64,000 nt of DNA from Octopus sinensis (GCF_006345805.1 NC_043004.1:24180001-24244000); one strand, 5' to 3'. Shown: positions 38,238-52,224, counted from the stretch's first letter. Notes: a model not told the origin generated them from the sequence alone. Made by a program: numbers and translations.

Positions 38238-38470
38238 GAAGGCTACGCCTTTGCTACGCCTCTGCTACTCAAAAACATAAGATAGCTACTAAATACCAGA
38301 TCAGCAAAAGAGATAAGAACGCCTCTAGACCACCATGCTGGGATACAATGTGTCTATTATGCAACATCAATGTGGAAAATATATAATTAGTAGCTGCTCA
38401 AAAGTGTCCGTCAGTACCTTCACATGAGACAAAACACTGTCGCTAAGTCAGTCTCTGAAATTATATGCAG
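38238..38470 (+). pseudogene. Fragment of an R4/R2-like RLE non-LTR retrotransposon ORF (zinc-knuckle region)
   Basis: Across frameshifts: EGYAFA/..IATKYQISKRD..DTMCLLCNINVENI/IISSCSK/QYLHMRQNTVAKSV, matching the recalled CxxC..HIxSxC knuckle followed by RHNxVAK. Confidence 0.6.
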
Positions 38471-38535
38471 GAAGGATTATCTAGAAGGCTAGAAGTAGAA
38501 CCAGATAGTATCGCACCTTAATATATATCTATATG

Positions 38536-38750
38536 TGAAGGTGGTGAGCTAGCAGAATCGTTAGCAAAATGGGCAAAATACTTAGCGGTATTTCGTCCGA
38601 GTTCAAATTACGCCGAAGTCGACTATGCCTTTAAGCATTACGGGATCCATAAAATAAATACCAGTTGAACACTGAGGTCGATGTAATTGACTATACTCAA
38701 CCCAGCCCCGGAAACTACTGGCTTTGTGCTAAAATTTGAAACCAATATAT
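38536..38750 (+). mobile_element. Decayed SINE family C
   Basis: gaaggtggtgagctagcagaatcgttagc...gagttcaaattacgccgaagtcgact...ccagttgaacactgaggtcgatg. Confidence 0.8.
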
Positions 38751-39993
38751 AGCTGTATATAATTCTACTGGAACATTCCAATTAAAAAATACCGGGTGTA
38801 AGCACAGCAGGCCAGATTAAAAACTGTACGACTCAGGGGTTGAAAGTCGAGCACCGTTGTAGACATTAGTTGATCAGTGAATATGAAGGCTTGGACAAAA
38901 AGTGTAGAAAATAGCACATCTTTGGAGAACTTAAGAGGATGTCACAGCTCTAATATCCATGTTCTAGGTTTTCATTTCTTATCATGGTGCACTGAGCTAC
39001 GTAAAAACAGTTTCGCATAGAAACCTAGGCATGTTCCAATTCTAGAAACAGGAAAAAAGTGGACTGATTTTTTTTTTTTTTTGTATTCCCCAGATACAAT
39101 CGATTAGAGGTAGAGCGAACATTTGTAAAATATTTAAGCAATTGTCTAGTTAAGGATGAACCTATATATACACAAACACGTAAGTAATACTCATATTAAT
39201 AAACATGTACGTATAAATAATGCAATTCCATAGACAGACAGACAGACAGACAGACAGATAGATAGATACACACGCAAGCAGGCACACAGACAGACAAACG
39301 GGCATATAAGGCATAAAAACCTGACTTTCTGTCAGTCAGTCTGCCTGTTTGTCTGTCTCACTATCTGCCTGTCTATCTGTCTGACTGCCTGTCTGTATGA
39401 CTGACTCCTTTATAAGTTGTATGCTTCACTACCAGTTTTCTGGGATTTAAAAAAAAATACTATATTGAATACATTTCGGATTATATATAAAGAAACACAG
39501 TTTGGGGACTAATTTTTGCAGTTATGTCCTTCGCTATGTTAGGGATCTCTGTAGCCCTGTATAATTCCAGCCCTTCCATAAATCCAATTAACACTGAACA
39601 TTTACAGCATATCAAAAACTCGTAAAAGCAAGACAAAATAATGCATAAGATTTTCACTGAATATGATATACGATATACATGTATATATATGCATGTATGG
39701 GTCTATAAACAATATTCTTTGGAATGTACATTTGGGGGAGTTCTATGTGCCATTAGTTTGTTACGTCACAAAGATATTAACCTTTTGTTTATATCATCTT
39801 TCTGAATAAATATTGCTCACAAAGAAGTAATCAGTCTATACATATATTTACAAATGGGGACATTTAGTTTATATTCACACACGTACACACACACACACAT
39901 ATACGCACATATAAGTATACACACACACACATATGTATACACGTATACATATATGCATATCATATACATATATGTGTGTATGTATATAAATAT

Positions 39994-40026
<33 letters not shown>

Positions 40027-40097
40027 CGTATATATATATATTAATACATATAATACACATATATATATACACGCACACACACACACACACACACACG

Positions 40098-40133
<36 letters not shown>

Positions 40134-42789
40134 GACATATCTATATGGGCGTGTGTCTGGATGGGTGTGTGTGTACTTGTATGTACGCGTATATATGTGT
40201 GCATTTATATATGTAAGCATGTGTATACGTGTTTTGATACAGGGAAAAGATGATTCCGTTATTATATCGAAGGATCAAACTCGCCTTCATCAGTCATAAC
40301 ATCTGATGTTGAAATGACATATTTTCCTAATTCAAGCATATAGACAATAATGCACGCACCATAGACATATACACAGATAAGCAAACACGTGCACCAATAG
40401 ATACATATCCACAAGCGTGCACACAGAAATGCATACATCCACGTACACTCTCACGAGCAGAAATGCAATGCACTCGTATATTAAACAATTAAACATACCC
40501 AATATTCTAAAGCAGTATCCTAAATGGAGATATTCATGTGTAGCTAAATAATCGTGCCTGCCAAAATCCATATAAATATATACACAAACATATCAGTGTG
40601 GGTGGGTGTATGTGTGTAAGTGCATGGTTGCACGTTTATATGTACGGTTGTATACGGATATTGAATGTGCGTAAGGATATTTGATTTGAATACATAGAGA
40701 TGGAATCACGTATTCATATTGATAGATAAGTGCATGCGTTTGAATTTCCGAAAATCTCCCTAATTGTTTTGATACTGACCCCTCTTATACACCATCTCGT
40801 ACACATGTACACAACCATAAATAAATTTCTATGAGATAAAACGGGATCATGACCGTTATGGAACAAAGACAGAACTTATTCTGGTTTTGATATAGTACTT
40901 ATCTGTATCATCCCAGCTATACCTGGTTTTGCTACAGATGCACAACCAATATAACTTTATCATTGCAGCATAGAGAAGATGTAATATCGTACAATCAATT
41001 ATCATAATGAAAAACCACTCCAGATATGCATTAGTGACTGTAGAGAGATTTATCTTCTCGATCACTCAATTATTATCGTAGATATATGTTCTGAACCGTC
41101 GCATTGATAGGTTAAAAGTTTAGTAATAAATTCTATGCATCTAGCCGCAGTAGGCCAACAAACAGATATATATATATGTAATGATGTCGATTACATACAT
41201 TCATTCAGCTCTGTTATTCTTAAACGAATAACTTCTCAACAGAATCAAAGAAATATCTTTTGTAATACGTAGTGTTATTAAATATAGATTTCTTTTTTTA
41301 TTTTTGAAACAATTCGATTTTTTTGAAGTGTTTGATTTTATAAATTGAATTCACTACTACACATAACTTGTCCTACAAGTGGTGTATCTGATTTAGAAGG
41401 CAAAGTATATAAGTAAACCAAGTTCGATAGTTTGCCATATTGATCGAAAAGATAAATTGGTACCATCCGTAAGTAGTTATTATGGCCAGATTTAAATGGC
41501 AAGAGAACTGAATAAGCAACAACTGCTTCATTTGGTAGCAGCAGTAAAGTGTTTAATTTCTACTGACATTGGAGTTTGGATGTGGTTTTAACCAATTATT
41601 AAAATCAAAAAATCGCATTAAACCTGCGTCAACTATTTGATCTGGGTATTAATTCTAAGTCAGTGATGACGCAAGTAATGACTGGTATGAAATTTAATAT
41701 ATCAAAATGAATACATGTATACACACACATACACATACCTATGTGTGAGTAGGCGTATGTTTGTGCATGTATTTATATCTATATCTACATCTATGTATGT
41801 ATTAAACTCGGCATGTTCACGAGCTAATGAAGTATACTTAACCCTGTTGCCTGACTTGTAGGAAATAGCAGCTAATTCCCCTCTAATCAAACTCAAGAAA
41901 AGACAATGCGTTTCCTGATATGCAAAGAGATAATCATTGCAAGAATGATAGTTTTACACGATCAAAGCTACCCTAGGGATAACTAACAAAACCAGCAGCT
42001 CCTCACGCAGCAACCTTTTAGAAGAAAAATATTTATGTCGGATGAAAGGATGGAAAAATCTAGCACAGGTAAATCGCTCTGTAGAACAAAGATCAAAAAG
42101 ATTCCTAAGTAGGTACCATTGAATGCTGATGCTCCACGGGTTTTGCTTTATTTTCCACATTCATAATATAATACATTTTCATCTGAAATAGGAAGATATA
42201 TGTTTCAAAGCGCGAATGTCATGACATTATTGCATAAATAAGAAAACATGGTTTCACAAACGTACGTACATTTGCAAACCTACGTTGCTATATACTTCCA
42301 TAATTACATGTGAAATGTCAGGAGCACTACACTACACTACCCTATATATACATACATACATATGAATGGGTATTTGTATACACGAAGGATTGCTGAAATG
42401 TTCCTGGCTTTGAGTAAAAGAAAATACAGGAGGAGCGGTTATTTATGACTTTAGTCAGCATATTCCCCCTCACAGATTCCCACACTTATTGCAGCACCCT
42501 TTCAATATTACTAAGTACCGTAAACGAATTCGGAAGGTTGGACATTCAACCAGGCTTTTTGCAATATCTTAAAGTCAATAACTTTTCAGAGCCTCATCTC
42601 GCGCGTGTGTGTGTGCGTGTGTGCGTGCGTATGTGTGTGTGATGAAAGTGAGCTGAGATAAATAAAGAACAAAAATGGTATAAATACCATACGAGATAGA
42701 TTGCTCATGATGTACTTAGAGCAGTTACCGCTTGCAATCAAGCAATTGTTTAATCATCATTCAATGTAAAGATAATTTCCACAAACCAT

Positions 42790-42845
42790 GAGATCCCCTT
42801 CGGTCATGACTGACCATAGGATTGCACCTAGAAAGTTACCCTCCC
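42790..42845 (-). mobile_element. Tail-only fragment of SINE E or its partner LINE 3' end
   Basis: gaccataggattgcacctagaaagttaccctcc matches ~24936-24972; abuts (TAGA)n. Confidence 0.75.
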
Positions 42846-42867
42846 AGAGTAGATAGATAGATAGATC

Positions 42868-42939
<72 letters not shown>

Positions 42940-44064
42940 CATGTGTATCTATGTATGTATGTAGTTTTAGTTCATCTATAAGGTATATTTATCAGTGAGC
43001 ATTGCACTGGCTAAACAGGTAATAGAAGTCTATTTCAATTAAGCAAATAGGAAGAATGGATTGAAAGGTATCTCAACAGTATTATTACAAGTTACTAGAT
43101 TTTTAGATCAACCTTTACTTCGTCAGCCACAGTTGAAATAAAGACAATCGTTTAGCCACACGATGTTGATAGTAGATGTTGGTACCATAAATATTTGGTG
43201 CTGCAATTGATCAAAAATATGTATGTACGTCTGTTTGAGCGTGTGTCAAAGTATCATTACAAACACACACATATACTTATAGGTATTCGATAATATACAT
43301 TATTTACTGAAGCCCATAAGCCCATAGTGCTGTAGCACACTGATGCTCACACCAAATCGTAGTTAGACAGACAGTCAGCTAGGCAGGCATGCATACATAC
43401 ATACATACATACATACATACATACATACATACATACAGATATAAATACAGACATACATACAGACATACAGACAGTCAGACAGATATGTGGTTGGAATTTT
43501 CTTGCCTGGTTCGCTGTTTTTTTTTTGTATTCTGTCTAAAAATAGTACTTGCTATGACTAATATCATTAGTAAATGTGATTTCGTCTCATTAAGCATGGG
43601 GTTTTACATCTTAAATCTGCAATATTTTATTTTTAGATCAAACCAGACACATTAAGGAAATTCTCTTATTAGATTTATCAAAATCCATTTGGGATATACA
43701 GTATTGGATATTGTAGCAGGTTAATCGATTAGATTAATAAAAAAAAAAACTATCATAAAATACTGTACATACGAACAAAAATGTTTTAAACATATTCTGT
43801 TTATGACGGACATTCTCAAATTATATTGGTAGGCAAGTTTTTAACTCGAATAAATGTCACCGTCTTCAGACAGTTAATAGCATTTAATCAATATTTATGA
43901 ACAAAAAAAAAAAAAGCTGTAACAACTATAATTGCTGGATGTAGACATTCCTAAGTGATTAAGAAGTTTGCTTTTAAAACAAATGTTTCCGTGTTCAATC
44001 ACGCCATGTGACACATTCTTCCGCCATAGTAGAAAAGTGTGATCAAAATCCGTTGAACGTACGG

Positions 44065-44097
<33 letters not shown>

Positions 44098-44104
44098 TAT
44101 GACA

Positions 44105-44268
44105 GACGCTGGCGCGGCTGTGTGGTAGGAAGCTTGCTTCCCAACCACATGGCTTCGGGTTCAGTCCCACGGCGTGGCACTTTGGGCAAGTGTCTTCTAC
44201 TATAGCTTCGGGCTGACCAAAGCCTTGTGAGTGCATTTGGTTGACGGAAACTGAAAAGGCTCGCCGTA
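44105..44268 (+). mobile_element. SINE family A head
   Basis: gctgtgtggtaggaagcttgcttcccaaccacatggcttcgggttcagtccc...gacggaaactgaaaaggctcgccg. Confidence 0.85.
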
Positions 44269-44319
44269 TATACACACACACACACACATGCACACACACA
44301 CACATATATATATATATAT

Positions 44320-44778
44320 AGGAAATAGTGGCACAACAAGATACCAATATTTGCTGGAAGTAGTAGTCGATAACCGTACGACACTATTTAAAAGCTTCAC
44401 TAAATGTATAGAGACAAAGATGTGTGCGGGCGGCGAACATAAATACAATTGTCTTACTTCTAGCAAGAACGTCGGAGAAATGGACAAGCTAGTACTCGAG
44501 TTTTGGACTTTCTAGATTACGTTTGTTATCGTAAGTCTGGTTAGATTTAGTCAGCTAGGTTCACCTAAGACAAAATTCTAAATATCCGCTACATCAATGC
44601 CTTTATACTCGGTTGATACGCCTAGCTATAAACAGAACCGAGATCAGTGAAAATTGTTTATGTTCGCCCCCTGCACGCATCTTTGCCTCTCTATATTCAC
44701 TAAAGCTTTACATAGTGTCGTGCCGTTGTCGTCTGTATTTCCAGCAAACATTGGTACCTTGCTGTGCCACTATTTCCT
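44320..44778. mobile_element. MITE with ~130-bp TIRs
   Basis: AGGAAATAGTGGCACA...gaacataaatacaatt (44320-44450) is the reverse complement of aattgtttatgttcg...TGTGCCACTATTTCCT (44652-44778), ~75-80%. Confidence 0.85.
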
Positions 44779-44919
44779 GTTTATAATTCAAACTTTACGG
44801 TGCTTATCACCGGAAAATAATACTATTGTATTGTAATAATACTTCAATTGTATACGCGAAAAATGGTCTTTTGAGACAGAAACAGCTGTCTGGTTAGATT
44901 AAATAAGTAACCCATATTA

Positions 44920-45521
44920 TTTTCTATTCTAGGTACAATGCCCGAAATTTGGGGGAGGTGGCCAGTCGATTAGATCGATCCTAGTATGCAACTGGTACAT
45001 AATTTATCGACCCCGAAGGGATGAAAGGCAAAGTCGACCTTGGGGGAATTTGAACTCAGAACGTTGACAGACGAAATACCGCTAAACCCAGCGTGCTAAA
45101 GTTTCTTATTTCTTTATTGTCCGCAAGGGGCTAAAAATAGAGGGGACCAACAAGGCCGGACAAAGGGATTAAGTCGATTAGATCGACCCTAGTGCGCAAC
45201 TGGTACTTATTTTATCAACACCGAAAGGATGAACGGCAAAGTCGACCTCGGCGAAATTTGAACACAGAAAGTAGCGGTAGACGAGATACCTATTTCTTTA
45301 CTACCTACAAGTGGCTAAACAAAGAGAGGACAAACAAGGACAAACAAACGGATGAAGTCACTTATATCGACCCCAGTGCGCAACTGGTACTTATTTAATC
45401 GACCCCGAAAGGATGAAAGGCAAAGTCGACCTCGGCGGAATTTGAACTCAGAAAGTAGCGGCAGACGAAATACCGCTAAGCATTTCGCCCGGTGTGCTAA
45501 CGATTCTGCCAACTCACCGCT
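44920..45521 (-). mobile_element. Head-to-tail trimer of SINE family C
   Basis: Three gtcgacct..gaatttgaactcag cores at ~45033, ~45241 and ~45425; a complete A-box head only in the rightmost unit. Confidence 0.9.
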
Positions 45522-46945
45522 TTGAAGTAGCAGCAGCAGCAACACAGAAACTTGAGTGTTTATATATGTATATCTAACGTATATCAATTTCTTTAAATGG
45601 AAGTGTAGATCCTTCCACAGAATTAAAAGAATCGGATATTTTTATGAATAACTTCGCATATAAGTTGTAAGATATACTACATACTAAAAAGAGTGAGACA
45701 GACAGCGGTAATAGATTTAAAGAAAATTAGAACGATAATATAGAATAAAAAAAGCCCAAAAGTGCTACGATTTAATGAAATATGAATGAGATGAACAGCA
45801 AAACATGAATGTGTGAAAAGAAATCATAATGCTACCACGGGTTGAATCAGAGTTGAGTATACAGGAAATTAAATTTCAAACCAGACCATCGTTATACGGC
45901 TGCAAGCAAACCTACTTAGTAAGCCAAATATAAATATTACATCAATATATCTGTAATTACTGAAGTGGGTTTCAACATCATAAATATTTGTAGAAATTGT
46001 GCATCGTGTTACTAGCTGAGATAGGAGGAAAATATCAATGTTATGAATAAACAAACCCGCTCAATTCAAACACAACACAACAATAACAACTTGGAATATA
46101 ACTAGAAGCTTGACATGATGTCGGTTTGACTGTTTTGGCAGTGGGATGCAGCGGGGTGTTATGTCTTGGTTTCCATGGTTCTACTGCTGCTTCTGCTGAT
46201 GGCGTTGTGATGACGGCGACTACTTTTTTTTTTTTTTTGGTGGTGGTGTTGTCGTTGTTTTTCTCATTGCTGATGTTCTTGCTGTGGTGGCGGAGGGCCA
46301 TTAAATCGTTTAATCTTAAACCAGTTCTGACCATGTTGATTCTGATTAAATGTATTTCAGCCTTGACCAATACGCTGTTTTTGTTATTTCTTTCAAGAAT
46401 AGTGAATCTCATTATCCAATATCTCCAGTCTTTTTGAGACAACAGGGTGTGCTTTTTACGGGATTTGGTCGTAAATTCTTCCGTGGTGTATGACCACATG
46501 TAGACTTCCTTGTTGATTAGTTTAGTTAATTCGCGATACTGTAAAATCTATTACTGAATCCATTTGTATTGACGTGACTGGCTTACTAACTACGTTCTCT
46601 TTCAGCTCTAACTTAACTTTCTTGAAATAACTAGACACACGCACTGCAGCACTCTCTCTAACCTGTAGTTATTTTAATAGGAAATATAAGATAGTCTGAC
46701 CTCCATCTACACTTTGTTTACTTTAGATTAGTGATTCTTAATGAGGATCCATATAGCCCCCGCGTGTTCATATAAGATTTTATTACTAAAATTTACAAAA
46801 CACAAAATAATATTTTTGTTGCAATTAATTATAACATTTAATTATAGAAATACAGTTGGATTTTTTTTATATACAGTAAAATGTTATTTATGTCCATTAA
46901 AGTAAAATGGATCAAATATGAAAAAGTGTCTGAGACCCGCTGCTA

Positions 46946-47625
46946 TAGATGGTTTACAGAGGAATATATACTTACTACTACTCCTGTAACTCTCTATGTT
47001 TAGCATAGATGACTTGCAGAAAGAAATAAATACTTCGGTCTCTGTCTTCTTTTAGTTTGCCTTTTTAATTTTTTATATAGGAATATATAGGAACTCTAGC
47101 AGCTGTACTCTCTGCTTGCTGAAGGTGCTTTTAGAGTAAGCTAGAGAAACTTCGAACTATATCTCTATCTGTTCACTGTAGATGGTTTATAAATGAATCT
47201 ATAGATATTCCAACACATGAACTTCTTTTCTTTTTGATAGTGGCTTTATAGAGGAATAATTTGATACTTGGACATTTGTACTCTTTCTTTGTCTTTGGAG
47301 GATTTATAGAAAAATACATATTCCAACATCTATCTTTCTCTATTCTCAAGAGAATGTTACTCCGATATTTGCTGTGTTTCTTTTCATCGTAGATGATTTA
47401 AAGTAGAATATATAAGACACTCAAACCTTTGTTTATTTTCTATACACCATAAATGGTTTGTAGAGAAATGTATACATGCTGTGTTTGTTATATCTTCTCT
47501 CTTTACAGTAGTTGATTTATAGATGTATATATAAACACTCCAACAACGGTACTCTCTCTGCTTGGCAAAGATGCTTTAAAAACGAATGAATAGATACTCC
47601 AATATCTGATTTCTCTTCGTGTGCT
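46946..47625. repeat. Degenerate minisatellite, ~57-60-bp unit, ~12 copies
   Basis: Consensus approx. TAGATGGTTTATAGAGGAATATATAGATACTCCAACATCTGTACTCTCT...; clear unit starts at 46946, 47006, 47179, 47390, 47450, 47509 and 47568. Confidence 0.8.
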
Positions 47626-49379
47626 TTATATCGTTCTACTCTATGTTTCTTAATAAACACTATCACGCGGAATGTGTATAATATCACAGCTTATTTTTCT
47701 TCGACATCTTCTTACTTTCTAAAGCCTATTACATAAAATTCAAAGCAGGCCATCTTTAGTAATTTAATAATATATACATGATTTTCATCCCCAATTGAAA
47801 ATTTATTTTGTATTTAAATATTTGCTTATTTTGTTTTTATGTTTCACATTTATTCTCTCCCCAGATTGATCAACAACACACGGCATAAAATCTTATAATT
47901 TAAATACCCCAACAGAAATATTCTAATGGAAAAGGGAAGTGAGTAAATTTTTAAGTGAATTTGTTTTTTTATCTTGGTTCTAATATTTAGCATTTTGCTT
48001 GCATTTGTATTACATATTTCAGCATCATTTGGCAGAGTAAAACGCGTCATGTTATTCATCATATTTATATTATAAAATAAAATAAAATATCACAAGTTTC
48101 ACGCGAATGTTATTTACGGATTCATCTGCAATGATGGTTTAATACTATATGGTTTTGGCTGATTCAATTTTTGTATGTCCATTAAATACTCTGAAGAAAA
48201 GATTCCATTACATCTTACAATGAGAACTTTCTATCGTATTTCATTAATGAAAATAAAAAAGAAAAAATTATACAAATACCAGGTCAGTACGAATTTAATT
48301 CAGAATAAAATATTTCTTTTTTGCTTTACAAATTTAATCAAAATAAAATCCCTGTTCTCATTTTCGCTCGAAGAAAACAATATTGCTATCTTTAAATATC
48401 TTTCCTCGCATTTCTCTCTGTAAATACATTAAACTTTTGAAGGTAAATTTATCGTTCTTTTGAAATTGTGTAATGCCAAATATTTTAAGAAGGGAAGCGG
48501 CATAGATGTGCAGCTGCAGTATTCATGCTGAGAACAAGAGTATGAAGTACCTAATTAACATTACTCCAAATGATTTTCAGACATTATTGTCAGCTGAGAG
48601 AATACCTCCTGCTTTACAGTTTGTATTTAAATGCTATATTCATACTTGCCCAAGTCATTGTAAGAAACAGTTGGATTATACTTAGCTAATGAGGTCGGAA
48701 ACAGTTTAATGCTGTCATTGTGCTGCCGGTGGTCAGAATATTTCCCTAATTTAATGTTTTGTTAATGATTTAATGAAAGTTAATTAGGAATTCGAGGATT
48801 ATTTCCTTTGTTTTTCTCCACAAGAATTAAATGAGAATAGGAAATTACTTCTATTATTACAGATATAATTATAATGAAATGAGATTTTACACAAATTAGC
48901 ATCGACTTCATTATTCATTCAATGTAACGTGGGCATCACTTCCAGTGCTGGGAAAATAATATGTAACTTCACACCACGAATTACATGGATTATATAATTA
49001 TAGTAATAGTAACGTGAATTTGTGACATAAAACACGTTCCAAAACATTAACAGCAGTGTAACTGAAGTGGTAACATGTAAAATAGAATGTAAATTGAAGT
49101 ATACAATTGCTAGTTGTCATCATAACTTTTGTATCGTAGAGTTAGTACGACTAGAAGTTATAATAGAAATCATATCAAGGTGTTGTAGTCTTGAGGCGTC
49201 TGTCGGTCAAGTTTGATCATATTTCTCTGCCTGAATGCGCATGGTTCTTTGTGGAAGATTGGCATTTTCAAACAGTAAAACAAGTATGACTGCAGTTGAA
49301 TAATTGCTAAGATTCAGCATGAAAACATTGGTACTACATTAACACAGAATAATACATACATTCACGCATACATATATAA

Positions 49380-49634
49380 TGTATGTATATATATATAATG
49401 TATATATGTTTATATATATATGTATATATATATTTATATATTATATATATATATACGTATACTATATATATACGTGTATATATATATATATGTATACTAT
49501 ATAATATATACGTGTATTATATATACATACATATATATATACATACATATATACATACATATATACATATATATATATATACATACATATATACATACAT
49601 ATATACATATATACATACATATATACATACATAT

Positions 49635-49667
<33 letters not shown>

Positions 49668-49700
49668 TTCATATATACATATATATATATATATGCATAC

Positions 49701-49741
<41 letters not shown>

Positions 49742-49822
49742 TATATACATACATATATATATATACATGTATACATATACATATATATATATACATATAT
49801 ATATATATACATGTATATATAT
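49380..49822. repeat. Long (TA)n/(TACA)n low-complexity tract
   Basis: Direct reading; similar tracts at ~21720-22100 and ~31760-31975. Confidence 0.95.
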
Positions 49823-50492
49823 GTACGCAGCCGTATGTATGCAAACGGATGCAAACACGTCTATAAGCACAAACACGCAATCACATGCCACCCTTCCAAC
49901 GCATACTCATTGTTTGTAAAAGGAAATGGTGAACAGAAACTTGAACAGAGGATAATTGACGAACTGAGACTGTTTGACGAAGCAAACCATTCATAAAAGT
50001 TCGAAGTCACTATCAAAATTTTCGTTGCGAAATAAATCTGACCCTCTACTTGAATATATTGATTGCTCCTTAAATTAATGTTCGACTACTTCTATGTATA
50101 GCTATAAATGAAAAAAAGCGACACTAAAAATGTGTACATATACATTCCTATAAATATGTGTATTCGTTTTTATATGAATGTAATCAGCCCATCCATAAAT
50201 ATTTTCGTTTTGAAATATTGTCTTTCATTCCTGAATCGATCGCTGAAAATTATTTCTTTAGGTTGTTCTATCCGACATACACAAAATTGTATATATCTCT
50301 TAAAGCGATCCCTCACTCTCTCCCTTTCTCCTTCCCCTTCTCTCTCTCTCTCACTCCTCCTATCCCACTTTCTCTTTTTTTGACTTAGTATCTACCTCAT
50401 CTAGCAAACTATATCTAAATATTTGTATATATCTTTAATCTCTGTATATGTATCTAAATAAATATCTATACTTACGCACAGACACAAACACT

Positions 50493-50534
<42 letters not shown>

Positions 50535-50702
50535 CATATATATATATGCATATATATGTGTGTGTATGTGGATGCTTGTATGTATATGTATATGTATATA
50601 TACATACTTACATATATATATACATGTATATGTGTGTGTATGTGGATGCTTATATGTATATACATACATACATATGCATGTATATGTGCGTGTATGTGGA
50701 TG

Positions 50703-50740
<38 letters not shown>

Positions 50741-51714
50741 CTTAAGTTTAGTTTCTTTATCTCTTCTTTATTTGTATGATTTTCTGTAGATCTCTCTCTG
50801 TATCTTCCATATCTATGTCAATTTAGAGAATTTGATCATTTTTCTTCCTTGCTATTCTCTCCAACTTTTGTTACAAAGAATCTATCTGTTGTAGAAAAAC
50901 TGACAAATTATCTATATTTCAGTGTAGATAAGGCGCCAGTTTTGCTATGAAACTGCATAACGTCTATATTTATCCCAATTCCATAAATGATATTTTTGAC
51001 ACATAGGATTGTGTTAGAGGAATATACATCCATATCTGTATTCAAAATTACCTTTACCGTTCAATGTTTATTTGACACGTCTTGCATGGAGTTGCAGAGA
51101 AAACAAGTCAGAGGAACTTAAACGAAATTATTATGAATCGATGTTTTAACATCACCATTTTTATAAGAGACATTTAGCTGAATGTTCACGGTTTCATATT
51201 GCAAGAAATAATTTGATAAACAGAATATTACAAATTGTATGATGATGAGAAATAGAAAAATATAATGAATACATAAAAAATATAATGTAGATTACTATAG
51301 CCCTACATGTGTGTGTATGCGTTTGTACTCTTGCATGCGTCTGGTGTATATGTTCAAAATGTATTTAACACTCAAAATATAGGACACACACTTACTCAAA
51401 CAAACATATAATGTATCACATACTATTTAGACCATGAAAATCTTGTAACGCAAAATTCCATTACATGAAATGAATTTTCCCATTGAGTTTCATGTTAAGA
51501 AATGCTTTCCGACGGATAGTTTAGAAAAAGAAAAGGGGCGTTCCCACCACCGCCACCACTACCAATGAAAATATGAAGAAAGCAACATCATCACTTCAGT
51601 ACACAAAAATAGTAATATCTAAACATACTCAGTACAATATGAATATATATATACATATATATATATATAGGTTTTTCTTTCCACGGATAAACCTCCCCAT
51701 CTTTTGGGAACTTC

Positions 51715-52224
51715 TCTCGCCCCTCCTTATTTCTTCTGCCCCCTCTGACTTTACCTCTCTCTCTTCTCTCCCCACGTGACCGGTGTTCGGCCTAGCCTAA
51801 TCTTTCTTTCTTGGTTCGGCAGCTGTCTGTGCAACACCTATATTATTCCCTGTGCCTGTGAAATCTTGTATCCCTGCCGTAAGGCTTTATATCCAGACAC
51901 GCCCTTAGTCGAAAGACACCCGTTGTTATGTTCTGTTATTTGTATTTGTGTAACTTTCTCCGTTTTTTTTCCGTCCTTGTTTTCGTATACATTCGCCGCT
52001 TTCTTCCGGGGAATCTAATGCTCTTAGCTTAGTTTTCCTTAGGGCTGGCTAGATTGAAGCAATCTCGAGTATAACCAGTGGAAATTGCAAAAATAATCTT
52101 GAACTCGACTGAGGAAACAAAACTCCGAATGACCCGTCTTTTTTTCTTTGTATCGTCTATGTAGATGTTTTGTTGTCCTTTTCTTGTATCACCTAACTGT
52201 CTGGATGTTTTATGTTCTTGTCCC
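51715..52224 (+). mobile_element. Putative Penelope-like or unclassified repeat end, with a partial direct copy at 52513-52595
   Basis: 51715-51798 recurs at 52513-52595 (tctcgcccctccttatttcttctg...ccccacgtgaccggtgttcggcc); pyrimidine-rich strand bias; bounded by (TA)n on both sides. Confidence 0.4.

Noticed and set aside
40856-41065. HLLYAAMIKLY as a decayed RT YADD motif
   Set aside because: The catalytic aspartates are absent and no other RT motifs are recoverable.
46041-46499. 152-aa ORF as a GIY-YIG endonuclease remnant or gene
   Set aside because: Half of it is low-complexity, and the GIY-YIG resemblance is too faint to support.
46946-47625. CRISPR-like array (also considered 19754-20013 and 44920-45521)
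   Set aside because: Eukaryotic context, no cas genes, and whole units are homologous rather than conserved repeats with unique spacers.
49911-49996. Short protein-like frame [24 protein letters not shown]
   Set aside because: Too short, weak splice signals and no recognisable domain.
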